DNA of 64,000 nt. Origin: Myxococcota bacterium. Its GTDB lineage: Bacteria > Myxococcota_A > Polyangia > Polyangiales > Ga0077539. Both the position numbers and the translations under genes were made by a program. Where the stretch lies: assembly GCA_052035985.1 (NCBI GenBank), contig JBPOHC010000034.1, positions 1,320 to 65,319 of the forward strand, read 5' to 3'. Below, piece by piece: positions 11,145-20,276 of this stretch. Under the pieces are notes generated by a model, which saw nothing but the letters and a program-made list of their open reading frames with translations, made no database searches and was not told the origin of the DNA. Numbering within the stretch: position 1 is the first letter of the stretch; each line of letters opens with the position of its first letter.

Positions 11145-13700
11145 TTACCGCACGAAGATGAAGCCGAAGAGGGCGCTGTCGCGGTCGCCGTTGTTGCCGC
11201 CGCAGGTCGAGACGTTGCCGCACGACACGTCGCCGCCGACGCCGCAGAGGTTGTACTGACCGCCGAAGCCGATGCGCGAGTCGGGCGAGCCGCAGTCGTT
11301 CTCCTGGTTGCCGAGGATGCCCAGGCGAACCGCTTGATACGAGCCCACCTGGAGGTTGAAGCCCTCGGCGTTGCAGTAGGGCTGGAGCGAGGACGACGCG
11401 GGCAGGCGGAGCCACGCCGCGCGCCCCGCGGAGGTCGATCGCGTGGGTCCCGCGAAGACGTCGCGCAGCGAGGGGAGCGCGGTTGCCGAGACGTTGACCA
11501 CGATGTAGCGCGGCGCGCCGTCGACCATGCCCAGGCGGAGCTGCGTGAAGGGCAGCGTCGAGAAGCCGCGGAACTTCGCCGCCGTGGTCGACAGGTCCGT
11601 CGACGTGTCGTTGAGCACCGAGGTGTCCGCCCAGATCGCCGCCGAGTAGAGGAAGCGCCCGTCGCGTCCGGGGACCTTCATCACCAGCGTCCAGCCGCCG
11701 CCGTCGTTGGTCATGTCGCAGTAGGCGTTCCACGTCGCGCCCGCGGCGCCGAGCGTGTAGACGCCCGACGGCGCCGAGCGCGAGATCGCGTTGCAGCTCG
11801 CGTACACGCAGGCCCCGCGCGTCTCGCATCCGTTGGCCGGGTTGTAGTCGCAGTCCGAGAAGCCCGCGTCGCAGGTCCCCATCGAGCACGCGCCGCCGCG
11901 GCACACGCCCGCGGCGTTGGCGTAGGTGCACGCGCGCCCGCACGTCCCGCAGTGCGCCGCCGTCGACTGCACGTTGGTCTCGCATCCGTTCGCCGCCACG
12001 CCGTCGCAGTTGCCGAAGCCCGCGTCGCAGCTCGCGACGGCGCAGGCCCCCGCGGCGCACGTCGGCGTGGCGTTCGTGAGCGAGCACGCGGCGCCGCACG
12101 CGCCGCACGCGGTGACGGTGCTGCGCAGGTCGGTCTCGCAGCCGTTGGCCGCCATCCCGTCGCAGTTGCCGAAGCCCGCGTTGCAGGCGATGCCGCATGC
12201 CCCCATCGCGCAGGTGGGCGTGGCGTTGGCGCGCGCGGGGCACGCGTTTCCGCACGCGCCGCAGTTCGAAACCGTGGCGGTGAGGTCGGTCTCGCAGCCG
12301 TTGCCCACCATCATGTCGCAGTCTCCGCGGCCGCTCATGCAGCCGGCGATGCGGCACACGGAGGCCTCGCAGGTCGCGGTGCCGCCCGAGGCAGTGCACA
12401 TGCGCGCGCACGCGCCGCAGTTCGAAGCGCTCGTGCGCGTGTCGACCTCGCAGCCGTCGGCCGCGTCGCCGTTGCAGTCTGAGAAGCCCGCCACGCACGA
12501 CACCACGCAGGCCCCGAGCACGCAGCCGGGGAAGCCGTTGGGGCGCGCGGGGCACTCGTTCATGCAGCGTCCGCAGTGGGTCACGCTCGTGCGGACGTTG
12601 GTCTCGCAGCCGTTGGTGGCGTTGCCGTCGCAATCGCCGAAGCCGTCGTCGCAGCGGGCCACGGTGCATCGCCCCGCGACGCACGCAGGCGTCCCGTTGG
12701 GCGGATTGCACACGGAGCCGCACGACCCGCAGTTGCCGTTGCTCGTGCGCGTGTCGACCTCGCAGCCGTCGGTCACGTCTCCGTTGCAGTCGGCGAAGCC
12801 CGCGTTGCAGGCGAAGGCGCAGCGGCCTCCGTCGCACGACACGGCCGCGTTGGCGCGCGCGGGGCAGGCGTTTCCGCACGCGCCGCAGCTCGTGACGCTG
12901 GTGCGGGTGTCGGTCTCGCAGCCGTTGGAGCCGGTCATGTCGCAGTCGGCGAAGGGCGCCGAGCAGGTGCCGACGCCGCAGTTGCCGTTGAGGCAGGCCG
13001 ACATGGCGTTGGGCACGGCGCAGCGCGTCCCGCAGACGCCGCAGTTGGCGATGTTCGACTGCGTGTCGACGCAGGCGCCCGAGCAGCAGGTCTGGCCCGT
13101 CGGGCAGCGCGACTCCGCGGTGCATCCGACGACGCAGGTGTTGCCGACGCAGAGCGTTCCCGGCGCGCAGTCGGCGCTGCCGAGGCACTCGACGCAGGTG
13201 TTGCGAGCCGTGTCACAGCGTCCGTGTCGCGCGACGGCGCCGTCGGGGCTCATCACGCCGCCGTCGGTCGCGGTGGCGCATCCCTCGTCCGATCGACAGC
13301 CCGACTCGCAGGTGTTCGTCGTCGAGTTGCAGTGCTGCGTCGCGGGGCACGTGTCGGCCGAGGCGACGCACTGCACGCAGTTGCCCGTGGCTGTGTCGCA
13401 GACGCCGCGGCCGGGGTCGGCGCGACAGTCCGATGCGCCCATGCAGCGGGGAGGGCCGCTGTCCATCGGGGTGTCCATCGGGGTGTCCATCGGAGCGTCC
13501 ATCGCGACGTCCATCGCGACGTCTTCGGGCGCGTCGATCCCGATGTCCGAGGGGGTGTCGGTGGTGACGTCAGACGCGTCGGTCTTGGAGCGCGCGTCGG
13601 TGCCCGTGTCGGGGTTGCCGGTGAGCACCGACGACCCGCTGCACGCCGCCACCGCGGCGAGCGCGACGGCGAGAGCCAGTGATCTGCTGAAGGACTGCAT
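11145..13700 (-). CDS. Cysteine-rich-repeat lipoprotein with a C-terminal fibrinogen-related (FReD-like) domain
   Basis: ATG 13700 gives MQSFSRSLALAVALAAVAAC (lipobox), followed by an acidic/Pro linker. About 8 modules of the form NGCE(T/V)D..CGxCGxxC..GxC..C..GFxDCDG follow. The C-terminus contains SGVYTLGAAGATWNAYCDMTNDGGGWTLVMK, the hallmark YCDM..GGGWT motif of fibrinogen C-terminal domains. Confidence 0.8.
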   Translation of the reverse strand: MQSFSRSLALAVALAAVAACSGSSVLTGNPDTGTDARSKTDASDVTTDTPSDIGIDAPEDVAMDVAMDAPMDTPMDTPMDSGPPRCMGASDCRADPGRGVCDTATGNCVQCVASADTCPATQHCNSTTNTCESGCRSDEGCATATDGGVMSPDGAVARHGRCDTARNTCVECLGSADCAPGTLCVGNTCVVGCTAESRCPTGQTCCSGACVDTQSNIANCGVCGTRCAVPNAMSACLNGNCGVGTCSAPFADCDMTGSNGCETDTRTSVTSCGACGNACPARANAAVSCDGGRCAFACNAGFADCNGDVTDGCEVDTRTSNGNCGSCGSVCNPPNGTPACVAGRCTVARCDDGFGDCDGNATNGCETNVRTSVTHCGRCMNECPARPNGFPGCVLGACVVSCVAGFSDCNGDAADGCEVDTRTSASNCGACARMCTASGGTATCEASVCRIAGCMSGRGDCDMMVGNGCETDLTATVSNCGACGNACPARANATPTCAMGACGIACNAGFGNCDGMAANGCETDLRSTVTACGACGAACSLTNATPTCAAGACAVASCDAGFGNCDGVAANGCETNVQSTAAHCGTCGRACTYANAAGVCRGGACSMGTCDAGFSDCDYNPANGCETRGACVYASCNAISRSAPSGVYTLGAAGATWNAYCDMTNDGGGWTLVMKVPGRDGRFLYSAAIWADTSVLNDTSTDLSTTAAKFRGFSTLPFTQLRLGMVDGAPRYIVVNVSATALPSLRDVFAGPTRSTSAGRAAWLRLPASSSLQPYCNAEGFNLQVGSYQAVRLGILGNQENDCGSPDSRIGFGGQYNLCGVGGDVSCGNVSTCGGNNGDRDSALFGFIFVR
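13459..13518 (-). repeat. 12-bp tandem repeat (5 units) encoding the (D/A)xPM / DVAM linker
   Basis: ctgtccatcggg gtgtccatcggg gtgtccatcgga gcgtccatcgcg acgtccatcgcg. This encodes ..DVAMDVAMDAPMDTPMDTPMD.. just after the lipobox of the FReD protein. Confidence 0.85.
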
Positions 13701-13770
13701 GCTCGATGGGTAACACGCCGACGCGCCCGCGTGGCAGACGGACGAGCCGCGACGGATCGCCCTCGCCGGT

Positions 13771-14685
13771 CTACCAGCGCAGCGTCGAGAGCGGTCCCAC
13801 CGCGAGCGTGAGAAACACGCCGAGCAGCGCGCACGACGCCGCGATTCTCGCCACGAGCGCGCGCTCCACGCGACGGGCGTCCGAGGGTACCAGCGCCAGC
13901 GCCGAGAGAGCCTCACCCGCGCGATACGCGCCCCGCTCGTCGCTCGCGCGCCGCACGAGCACCCCGTCGACCGGCGCGCCCCACACCCGAAGCCAGCTCT
14001 CCTCCGGCGCCGCGCGCCCTTCGCGCTGCCACCACGCGAGGCGCTCGACGCGCAGCGTGGCGTCGCGACCGATCGCGCGCCATCGCCGGAGCCACCGCGC
14101 GCTCCGCGCGAGCGACGCGAGCGCGCTGAGCACCCCCAGCGCGAGCAGCGACACGAGCGCGGGACCGAGCGCCACCGCGACGAGGCCGTGGTAGCCGCCG
14201 TGAATGCGCCCCGTCTCGACGTAGGCCGTCGACCTGGCGAGCGAGAGCGCGAAGGCCCACGACGACGCGAGCATCGCGCGATCGACGGAGTCGCGCGTGC
14301 CGAGCGGGGCCCCTCTCCGCAGGAGCAGCGCGAGCGGAGCCGAGAGCACGGCGCTCGCGAGTGATGAGAGCGCCCCGATCTCGACGGGGCCCCAGGCGCC
14401 GTCGTCGAACGCGCCAGGGCCCAGGCACGCGAGGATCATCCCGTCTGCGCCCGACACGAGCGCGCACGTCAGCGTCGCCGCGACGGGCCCAGGCACGATC
14501 GTCGGGAGCGTCGCGCAGCCGATCGCGCACGCGGCCGCCGCGACGATCGCCATCGATTCGCCGCGCGCGCCGTCTCCGCCGAAGAGCGCCCCGAGCGCCG
14601 CGAGGAGCGGGACGAACGACGCGATGAATACGGAAAGGATCACCACGACACGAGGCAGGGCACGGCGGATCGCTGCGGTGGTCAC
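13771..14685 (-). CDS. Hypothetical polytopic membrane protein
   Basis: 304-aa ORF with several hydrophobic spans (VVVILSVFIASFVPLLAALGALFGG, AIVAAAACAIGCATL, LGPALVSLLALGVLSALASL, AASCALLGVFLTLAVGPL). I recognise no family. Confidence 0.5.
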   Translation of the reverse strand: MTTAAIRRALPRVVVILSVFIASFVPLLAALGALFGGDGARGESMAIVAAAACAIGCATLPTIVPGPVAATLTCALVSGADGMILACLGPGAFDDGAWGPVEIGALSSLASAVLSAPLALLLRRGAPLGTRDSVDRAMLASSWAFALSLARSTAYVETGRIHGGYHGLVAVALGPALVSLLALGVLSALASLARSARWLRRWRAIGRDATLRVERLAWWQREGRAAPEESWLRVWGAPVDGVLVRRASDERGAYRAGEALSALALVPSDARRVERALVARIAASCALLGVFLTLAVGPLSTLRW

Positions 14686-14804
14686 CGCGCGATGAGAGCG
14701 TGTTCGTCGCCGCGCCGCAATCGCTCAGTGTGCGCCGCGAATTGCGGGACTTTCACGAGCTACGCGGTTGCCGTCGCGCGCGCTCGCGTAGAAGACTCGA
14801 CGGC

Positions 14805-15374
14805 GTGACGAGCGACGCCACGAGCGGCATCGACCTCATCGACTTCTTCGGTCGCATGCGAGCCCACCACTTCGCGTGCGTGTCGGCCGTCGGATCGCTG
14901 GCGATCGTATCGGTGTTCTCCGTGCTGTTTCACGGCGAGGTGCTCCCTGACTACCTCTTCACGGGCGCGGTCACGGCGGTCCTGTTGACCGTCCCCGTGG
15001 TGAGCGCGCTCCTCGGGCGTCAGCGCCGGCTGGAGCGAGAGATCGCGCAGCGCGAGCGGGCCGAGCGAGAGAAGGCCGCCCTCATCGAGAGGCTCCAGCA
15101 CACGCTGGAGCTCGAGCGCGAGCTCGCGGCGATGAAGCTCCGCGACGAGAAGCTCCGCACGCTGCGCCTCACGATGTCGAAGGTGCAGCACCACATCAAC
15201 AACCTCGGCAACAACCTCCAGCTCGTCGAGGTCGAGTACGAGGACCGCGCGTCGCTCTCGCCCGCCACGCTCGTGGCGCTGCGCGAGGCCGTGCACGACA
15301 CCGCGCAGGAGATGAGCGAGCTCGCGTCCGTCGAAGATCCCTTCGACGAGGAGTCGTTTCGCATCAAGCCGTGA
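14805..15374 (+). CDS. Membrane-anchored coiled-coil protein with an H-box-like DHp segment and no ATPase domain
   Basis: Two TM spans (ACVSAVGSLAIVSVFSVLF; FTGAVTAVLLTVPVVSALL) precede a coiled coil and ..MSKVQHHINNLGNNL.., which resembles the HisKA_2/HWE H-box HRVKNxL. The start is uncertain: GTG 14805, ATG 14856, or ORF-track 14700. Confidence 0.45.
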   Translation: MTSDATSGIDLIDFFGRMRAHHFACVSAVGSLAIVSVFSVLFHGEVLPDYLFTGAVTAVLLTVPVVSALLGRQRRLEREIAQRERAEREKAALIERLQHTLELERELAAMKLRDEKLRTLRLTMSKVQHHINNLGNNLQLVEVEYEDRASLSPATLVALREAVHDTAQEMSELASVEDPFDEESFRIKP

Positions 15375-15480
15375 GGGCGACGCGACCGTTCGCGACGTCG
15401 AGGACGCATCCCCGACGTTGGCGCGAGAGGTCTTCTGTGGGGCTGTGTTTGAAGGGTGAGCGGGGAGGCGCTCGGACCGC

Positions 15481-15714
15481 TCAGAGGCGGGTGAGGTCGA
15501 CGCCGTACTGCGCGGCGTAGGCGCTGATGCCGACGCGGTCGATCGTGCGGAGGTCACGCGTCGAGAGCGTGATGCGCACGAAGCGGCCGAGCTCGGGGAC
15601 GAAGAGGCGGCGCTCCTGGAGGTTCGGGAACTGCCAGCGCTTCGTCTTGATGTTGGAGTGCGAAACCTTGTTCGCGATCTTGCGGCGTACGCCGGTCAGG
15701 TCACTGGTGGCCAT
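15481..15714 (-). CDS. rpmB: 50S ribosomal protein L28
   Basis: MATSDLTGVRRKIANKVSHSNIKTKRWQFPNLQERRLFVPELGRFVRITLSTRDLRTIDRVG matches the L28 consensus. Confidence 0.95.
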   Translation of the reverse strand: MATSDLTGVRRKIANKVSHSNIKTKRWQFPNLQERRLFVPELGRFVRITLSTRDLRTIDRVGISAYAAQYGVDLTRL

Positions 15715-15726
15715 GGTGGTGTCTCC

Positions 15727-15897
15727 TCAGTTCTTCTTGGGGTTGGGGAGCTTGCCTTCCTTGTGGACCTGGTGGGAACGGCACCACTCGCAGTACTTGC
15801 GGAACTCCAGCTTCTCGGTGGTCGTCCGCTTGTTCTTGTTCGTGTAGTAGTTGTTCCGCTGGCAGTTCGAGCAGAACAGCCGGATCATGTCTCGCAT
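15727..15897 (-). CDS. rpmG: 50S ribosomal protein L33 (Zn-ribbon C4 form)
   Basis: MRDMIRLFCSNCQRNNYYTNKNKRTTTEKLEFRKYCEWCRSHQVHKEGKL has the L33 consensus with CxxC..CxxC. It lies 12 nt upstream of rpmB. The track ORF extends spuriously to 15957. Confidence 0.9.
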   Translation of the reverse strand: MRDMIRLFCSNCQRNNYYTNKNKRTTTEKLEFRKYCEWCRSHQVHKEGKLPNPKKN

Positions 15898-16085
15898 GGC
15901 AGCGCCTCGGTTACGTAGGACCCACTCCCCGATAGGGGGGGCGTCAGGGGGCGCCAAAGATACACGAACTGTATAGCAGTCAAGGCTTTTCGCCCGCCAA
16001 AGCTCGAACTCCGCGAGTTCTCAAGGGAAGAGAAGCGGTAGATGCGCCCGCGAGCGATACGGTACGTTCGCCCGCACCGACGCTC

Positions 16086-17567
16086 ATGCCCAACGCCGCG
16101 CAGCCGCCTCAGCTCTCGCTCCCCAACGTCGACACGACCCCTTCGGCCAGCACGATCGCGTCGCTCCCCCGCGAGCGCCGCGTGTACGTGAACCGAAGCC
16201 TCCGCATGGAGAACGTCGAGTGGGTCGGCTTCGACATGGACTACACCCTGGCGATCTATCGCCAGGCCGAGATCGACCGGCTGAGCATCGAGGCCACGGT
16301 GAAAAAACTCGTCGACCGGGGCTACTCCCCCGCGCTCGCCGAGTCGACCTACGACACGCACTACCCCATCCGCGGGCTGCTCATCGACAAGCGCCACGGT
16401 CACATCCTCAAGATGGACCGCTACAAGTTCGTGAGCCGCGCGTACCACGGCCTCCGCGAGCTCTCGCGCGACGATCGCCACGAGCTCTATCACGCGCGAA
16501 AGATCCGCGTGGGCCCGCCGCGGTACCATTACATCGACACGCTCTACGCGCTCCCCGAGGCGGCGCTCTACGCGGGCGCCGTCGACCTGCTCGAGCGCTA
16601 CGGGCACAACGTCGACTACCACGAGCTCTTCGACGACATCCGTCAGTGCATCGACGAGGCGCACCGCGACGGGTCCATCGTGGATGTGATCGCCAACGAC
16701 CTCCCGCGCTTCGTCGAGCGCGACCCCGGGCTCGCGGTGACGCTCCATCGGCTCCGCTCCGCGGGCAAGAAGCTGTTCATTCTCACGAACTCGCGGTGGG
16801 CCTACACCGACAAGATGATGACCTACCTCCTCGGCGGTCAGCTCCCCGAGTACGGGTCGTGGCGGAACTACTTCGACGTGGTCTCCGTGGCGGCGACCAA
16901 GCCCCTGTTCTTCACGGACCGCAGGCCCTTCATGGAGCGCGTCTTCGAGAGCGGCGCGGAGACCGTGCGACCGGCGTATTCGCTCGAGCGCGGAAGGGTC
17001 TACGAGGGCGGCAACCTCCGCGACTTCGAGCGCATGATCAACGCGCAGGCCGACCGCATCCTCTACGTGGGCGACCACATCTACGGCGACATCCTTCGGA
17101 GCAAGAAGGACTCGGCGTGGCGCACCGCGATGATCGTGCAGGAGATGGAGGCCGAGTTCGAAGCGCTCGATCGCACGCGCGACGCGATGTCAGAGCTCGA
17201 CGTGCACGCGCGGCAGCGGGAGCGCCTCGACGACGAGATCCGCTACCACCAGCTCCTCTATCGGGCGACGGCGCGGCGCAAGGGCGAGGACGACCCCGAG
17301 TCGATCACGCTGCGGCGCGCGATCGATCGGCTCAAGGCCACGGTGCGCGAGCTCGACGCCTCGACGCGCGCGACGCAGAAGAGCGCCGACGTGGCCTTTC
17401 ACCCGTACTGGGGGTCGCTCTTCAAGCAGGGCGTGGAGCTCAGCTCCTTCGGCGATCAGGTGGAGGAGTACGCGTGCCTCTACACCTCGCGCGTGTCGAA
17501 CTTCGGCAACTACGCGCCGGCCCATTTCTTCCGCTCGCCGCGCGATCTGATGCCGCACGAGCTCTGA
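16086..17567 (+). CDS. HAD-IG family 5'-nucleotidase (cN-II-like)
   Basis: VYVNRSLRMENVEWVGFDMDYTLAIY carries HAD motif I (DMDYT), and YVGDHIYGDILRSKK carries motif IV. The overall layout matches cytosolic purine 5'-nucleotidase-like proteins. Confidence 0.8.
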   Translation: MPNAAQPPQLSLPNVDTTPSASTIASLPRERRVYVNRSLRMENVEWVGFDMDYTLAIYRQAEIDRLSIEATVKKLVDRGYSPALAESTYDTHYPIRGLLIDKRHGHILKMDRYKFVSRAYHGLRELSRDDRHELYHARKIRVGPPRYHYIDTLYALPEAALYAGAVDLLERYGHNVDYHELFDDIRQCIDEAHRDGSIVDVIANDLPRFVERDPGLAVTLHRLRSAGKKLFILTNSRWAYTDKMMTYLLGGQLPEYGSWRNYFDVVSVAATKPLFFTDRRPFMERVFESGAETVRPAYSLERGRVYEGGNLRDFERMINAQADRILYVGDHIYGDILRSKKDSAWRTAMIVQEMEAEFEALDRTRDAMSELDVHARQRERLDDEIRYHQLLYRATARRKGEDDPESITLRRAIDRLKATVRELDASTRATQKSADVAFHPYWGSLFKQGVELSSFGDQVEEYACLYTSRVSNFGNYAPAHFFRSPRDLMPHEL

Positions 17568-17570
17568 GCG

Positions 17571-17927
17571 CTACGAGAGCTCGGCGACGCGGCACCGCGC
17601 GAGCGCCGCGGTGAGGATGCTCCCGTCGAGCGAGGGCAGCCGATCGAAGCGGAGGCCCATCCCCGAAGGGAGCCCCCTGGGTGAGCGGACCACCATCGCG
17701 TCGGTGGTGATCTTGTGCCACGTGCCGGGCACGGTGAACGACACGGTGATGCGCTCCCCCGGGCCGAGCAGGAGGTCCGCCGCGAGGAACATCCCCGAGG
17801 CCGACAGGTCGGTGCAGGCGACCTCGACGGGGCAGTAGAAGTGGTTGCTGAACACCGCCGCGGGGAGGGTCACGCGGCTCCGAGGGCTGCCGCGTACGCC
17901 CCGCGCAACTACGCTCGTCGTTTCCAT
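17571..17927 (-). CDS. PilZ domain protein (probable c-di-GMP receptor)
   Basis: Start at ATG 17927 (METTSVV..). Both RxxxR (RGSPRSR) and DxSxxG (DLSASG) motifs are present. Confidence 0.7.
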   Translation of the reverse strand: METTSVVARGVRGSPRSRVTLPAAVFSNHFYCPVEVACTDLSASGMFLAADLLLGPGERITVSFTVPGTWHKITTDAMVVRSPRGLPSGMGLRFDRLPSLDGSILTAALARCRVAELS

Positions 17928-18124
17928 GTACGCATCGTAGGGGGAGGCGCGGACGGGGCGCCAATGATCGACAGAGCGCCCCCTCGGAGCGCCTCCGCGC
18001 GTTGGAGCTCTCGCCTCGCGAGAGACAGTCTTCGACACTTCTGTCGCGACGCCCCGCGGCGGCCTCGCGTACGCTCTCTCCGCCGCTCCGCACCGCGGCG
18101 ACGCAGCCCGAAAGTGCCCACACC

Positions 18125-19615
18125 ATGAACCGCGTGATCTTCGGCCTCCGCGCGCAGATCGTGGTCGCGCTCCTCGTCGTGCTCTCGCTCGCCGCGACGC
18201 TCGCGATGGCGGCGATCCAGCCCCTCACGGCCGCGTCGGGGAGGCTCACCCGCCGTCGCCTCGGCCTCACCCTCGCGCGCTCCGTGGCGGGCGAAGTTGC
18301 GCTCACGCCGTCGCCCGAGGCCGTGCGCGCGCTGCTCCAGCAGTCGGTGGGCGACGTGGGGCTCAGCGGCGCGGCCCTCTACGACCTCAACCGTCGCACC
18401 ATCGTCCGCGCGGGGCTCCTCACGCTTCCCTCGTCGCTGCACCCGCCGCGGCTCATGGACGACGCGCGCGAGTCGGGCGAGGTGCTCGGGGTGCTGGTGT
18501 TCCTCCCGGGCCGCGGGGTCTTCGTGGCCGAGACGTCGCTGTCTCCCACGGCCGCCGAGCGCGCGGTGCCGATGCTCATCCTGCTCTACACGGCCTCGGC
18601 GGGCGTGCTCGCGCTCATCGTCGTGTACCTCCTCCTCACGCGCTGGATCGTGCGGCCCGTGGTGTCGCTCACGCTCGCCGCCGAGCGCGTGGCCGCGGGT
18701 CGCCGCGACGTGATGGCCGAGGCGCAGGGCGCCGCCGAGGTGGTGCGCGCCGCCGACGCGTTCAACCGCATGACCGAGCAGCTCCGCGCCCGCGAAGAGG
18801 AGCTCTCCGATCGCGTCGAGGAGCTCGAACGCGCCCACAAAGACCTCAAGCGCGCGCAGGAGCAGGTCGTTCGCGGCGAGCGCCTCGCCACCGTGGGGCG
18901 CCTCTCCGCGGGCATCGCGCACGAGGTCGGCAACCCCCTCGCGGCCATCGTGGGCCTCGCCGACGTGATGGCCGACGGCGGCCTCGACGAGGCCGAGGTG
19001 AAGGAGTTCTCGGGCCGCATCGGGCGCGAGGCGCAGCGCATCCATCGCACGGTGCGCGAGCTGCTCGACTACGCGCGCGCGGCCCCGACGCCCGCGGGCT
19101 CGACGGACCCGGGCGAGCACCACGCGGGCGAGCTCGCCGAGGCCGCCGATCAGGTGGCGCGGCTGCTCACGCCGCAGAAGGCCATGCGCGACGTGCGATT
19201 CGAAACCGACGTCGAAGACAGGCTCCCCGCGGTGGCGGTCTCGACCGACCGACTGGTGCAGGTGGTGCTGAACCTCGCGCTCAACGCGGCCGACGCGATT
19301 CACATGGCGAAGCTCGCGCCGGGCACGGTCACCCTGCGCGCGCGACACGCTCGCGACCGCGTGGTGATCGAGGTCGAAGACACGGGGCCTGGAATCCCCG
19401 AAGAGTCTCGCCAGAAGGTGTTCGAGCCCTTCTTCACCACCAAGCCCGCGGGCGAAGGGACGGGCCTCGGCCTCGCCACGAGCGCCGCCATCGTCGAGCA
19501 GGCCGGCGGCACCCTCACCGCGCAGTCTCGCCGCGACGGAAAGCGCGGCGCGCGCATGGTGATCGAGCTCCCCGTGACGGGCGGTCGCCTCACGCGCGAG
19601 TCGGTGGTGCCTTGA
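18125..19615 (+). CDS. Sensor histidine kinase (TM-periplasmic-TM-HAMP-HisKA-HATPase)
   Basis: ATG 18125 (MNRVIFGLRAQIVVALLVVLSL). It has a HAMP domain (..WIVRPVVSLTLAAERVAAG..), H-box SAGIAHEVGNPL, N-box LNLALNAADA, G1 DTGPGI and G2 GTGLGLA. Confidence 0.9.
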   Translation: MNRVIFGLRAQIVVALLVVLSLAATLAMAAIQPLTAASGRLTRRRLGLTLARSVAGEVALTPSPEAVRALLQQSVGDVGLSGAALYDLNRRTIVRAGLLTLPSSLHPPRLMDDARESGEVLGVLVFLPGRGVFVAETSLSPTAAERAVPMLILLYTASAGVLALIVVYLLLTRWIVRPVVSLTLAAERVAAGRRDVMAEAQGAAEVVRAADAFNRMTEQLRAREEELSDRVEELERAHKDLKRAQEQVVRGERLATVGRLSAGIAHEVGNPLAAIVGLADVMADGGLDEAEVKEFSGRIGREAQRIHRTVRELLDYARAAPTPAGSTDPGEHHAGELAEAADQVARLLTPQKAMRDVRFETDVEDRLPAVAVSTDRLVQVVLNLALNAADAIHMAKLAPGTVTLRARHARDRVVIEVEDTGPGIPEESRQKVFEPFFTTKPAGEGTGLGLATSAAIVEQAGGTLTAQSRRDGKRGARMVIELPVTGGRLTRESVVP

Positions 19616-19656
19616 ACTCGGAGCGCGCGACGCCCGAGCGCGCTACGTTGCCCACG

Positions 19657-20274
19657 ATGCGCGACGGTTCCACGCGGGCGGCGGTCGTTCCACTGGTGCT
19701 CCTGACGGCGCTCGCGACGTCGGCGATCACGGCGACGCTCACGGCGAAGGCCCCGACGCCGACGACGGCGACCACGACGCTGCGCCCGACGCCCGACGTG
19801 CTGCGCGCCGTGCGAGACCTCGCGCGCCTCGAGGCGGTGTCGTTCCACATGGAGCGCGTGATCGACCTGCGAGAGACGCAGTCTCGGATGTTCGGTCTCA
19901 TCGAGGCCGAAGACGCGATCCTGCTGGTGGCCTCGGCCGACGTGACCGCGGGCGTCGACCTCTCAGCCCTGCGCGACGGAGACGTCACCGTCGATCACAC
20001 TCACTCTCACGCGACGCTCACGCTGCCGCGCGCGACGGTGCTCTCGACGCGCCTCGACGCGGGGCACACCTTCGTCCACAGCCGCACGACGGACCTCCTC
20101 GCGCGCCGTCAGGAGCAGCTCGAGTCCCGCGCGCGCGCCGAAGCAGAGCGCTCGCTCGAAGCGGCCGCGGTCGAAGCGGGGATCCTCCGCAGGGCCGAGG
20201 CGAACGCGTCGGCGACGCTCTCGGGCCTCGTGAGGGCGCTCGGCGTACGCGAGGTCGAGGTGCGCTGGCGGTGA
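19657..20274 (+). CDS. DUF4230-like membrane-anchored protein
   Basis: It has an N-terminal anchor (AAVVPLVLLTALATSAITATL) and its size and pattern resemble DUF4230. An alternative TTG start at 19612 overlaps the kinase stop (cTTGA), suggesting coupling. Confidence 0.5.
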   Translation: MRDGSTRAAVVPLVLLTALATSAITATLTAKAPTPTTATTTLRPTPDVLRAVRDLARLEAVSFHMERVIDLRETQSRMFGLIEAEDAILLVASADVTAGVDLSALRDGDVTVDHTHSHATLTLPRATVLSTRLDAGHTFVHSRTTDLLARRQEQLESRARAEAERSLEAAAVEAGILRRAEANASATLSGLVRALGVREVEVRWR

Positions 20275-20276
20275 CC

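Noticed and set aside
11089-13188. 699-aa minus-strand ORF (alternative frame of the FReD gene), plus the + strand ORFs 11926..13713, 11334..12482 and 12576..13682
   Set aside because: These are alternative-frame or antisense products with Arg/His/Leu- or Ala/Arg-rich composition. The chosen frame gives a lipobox, regular Cys spacing and the FReD motif.
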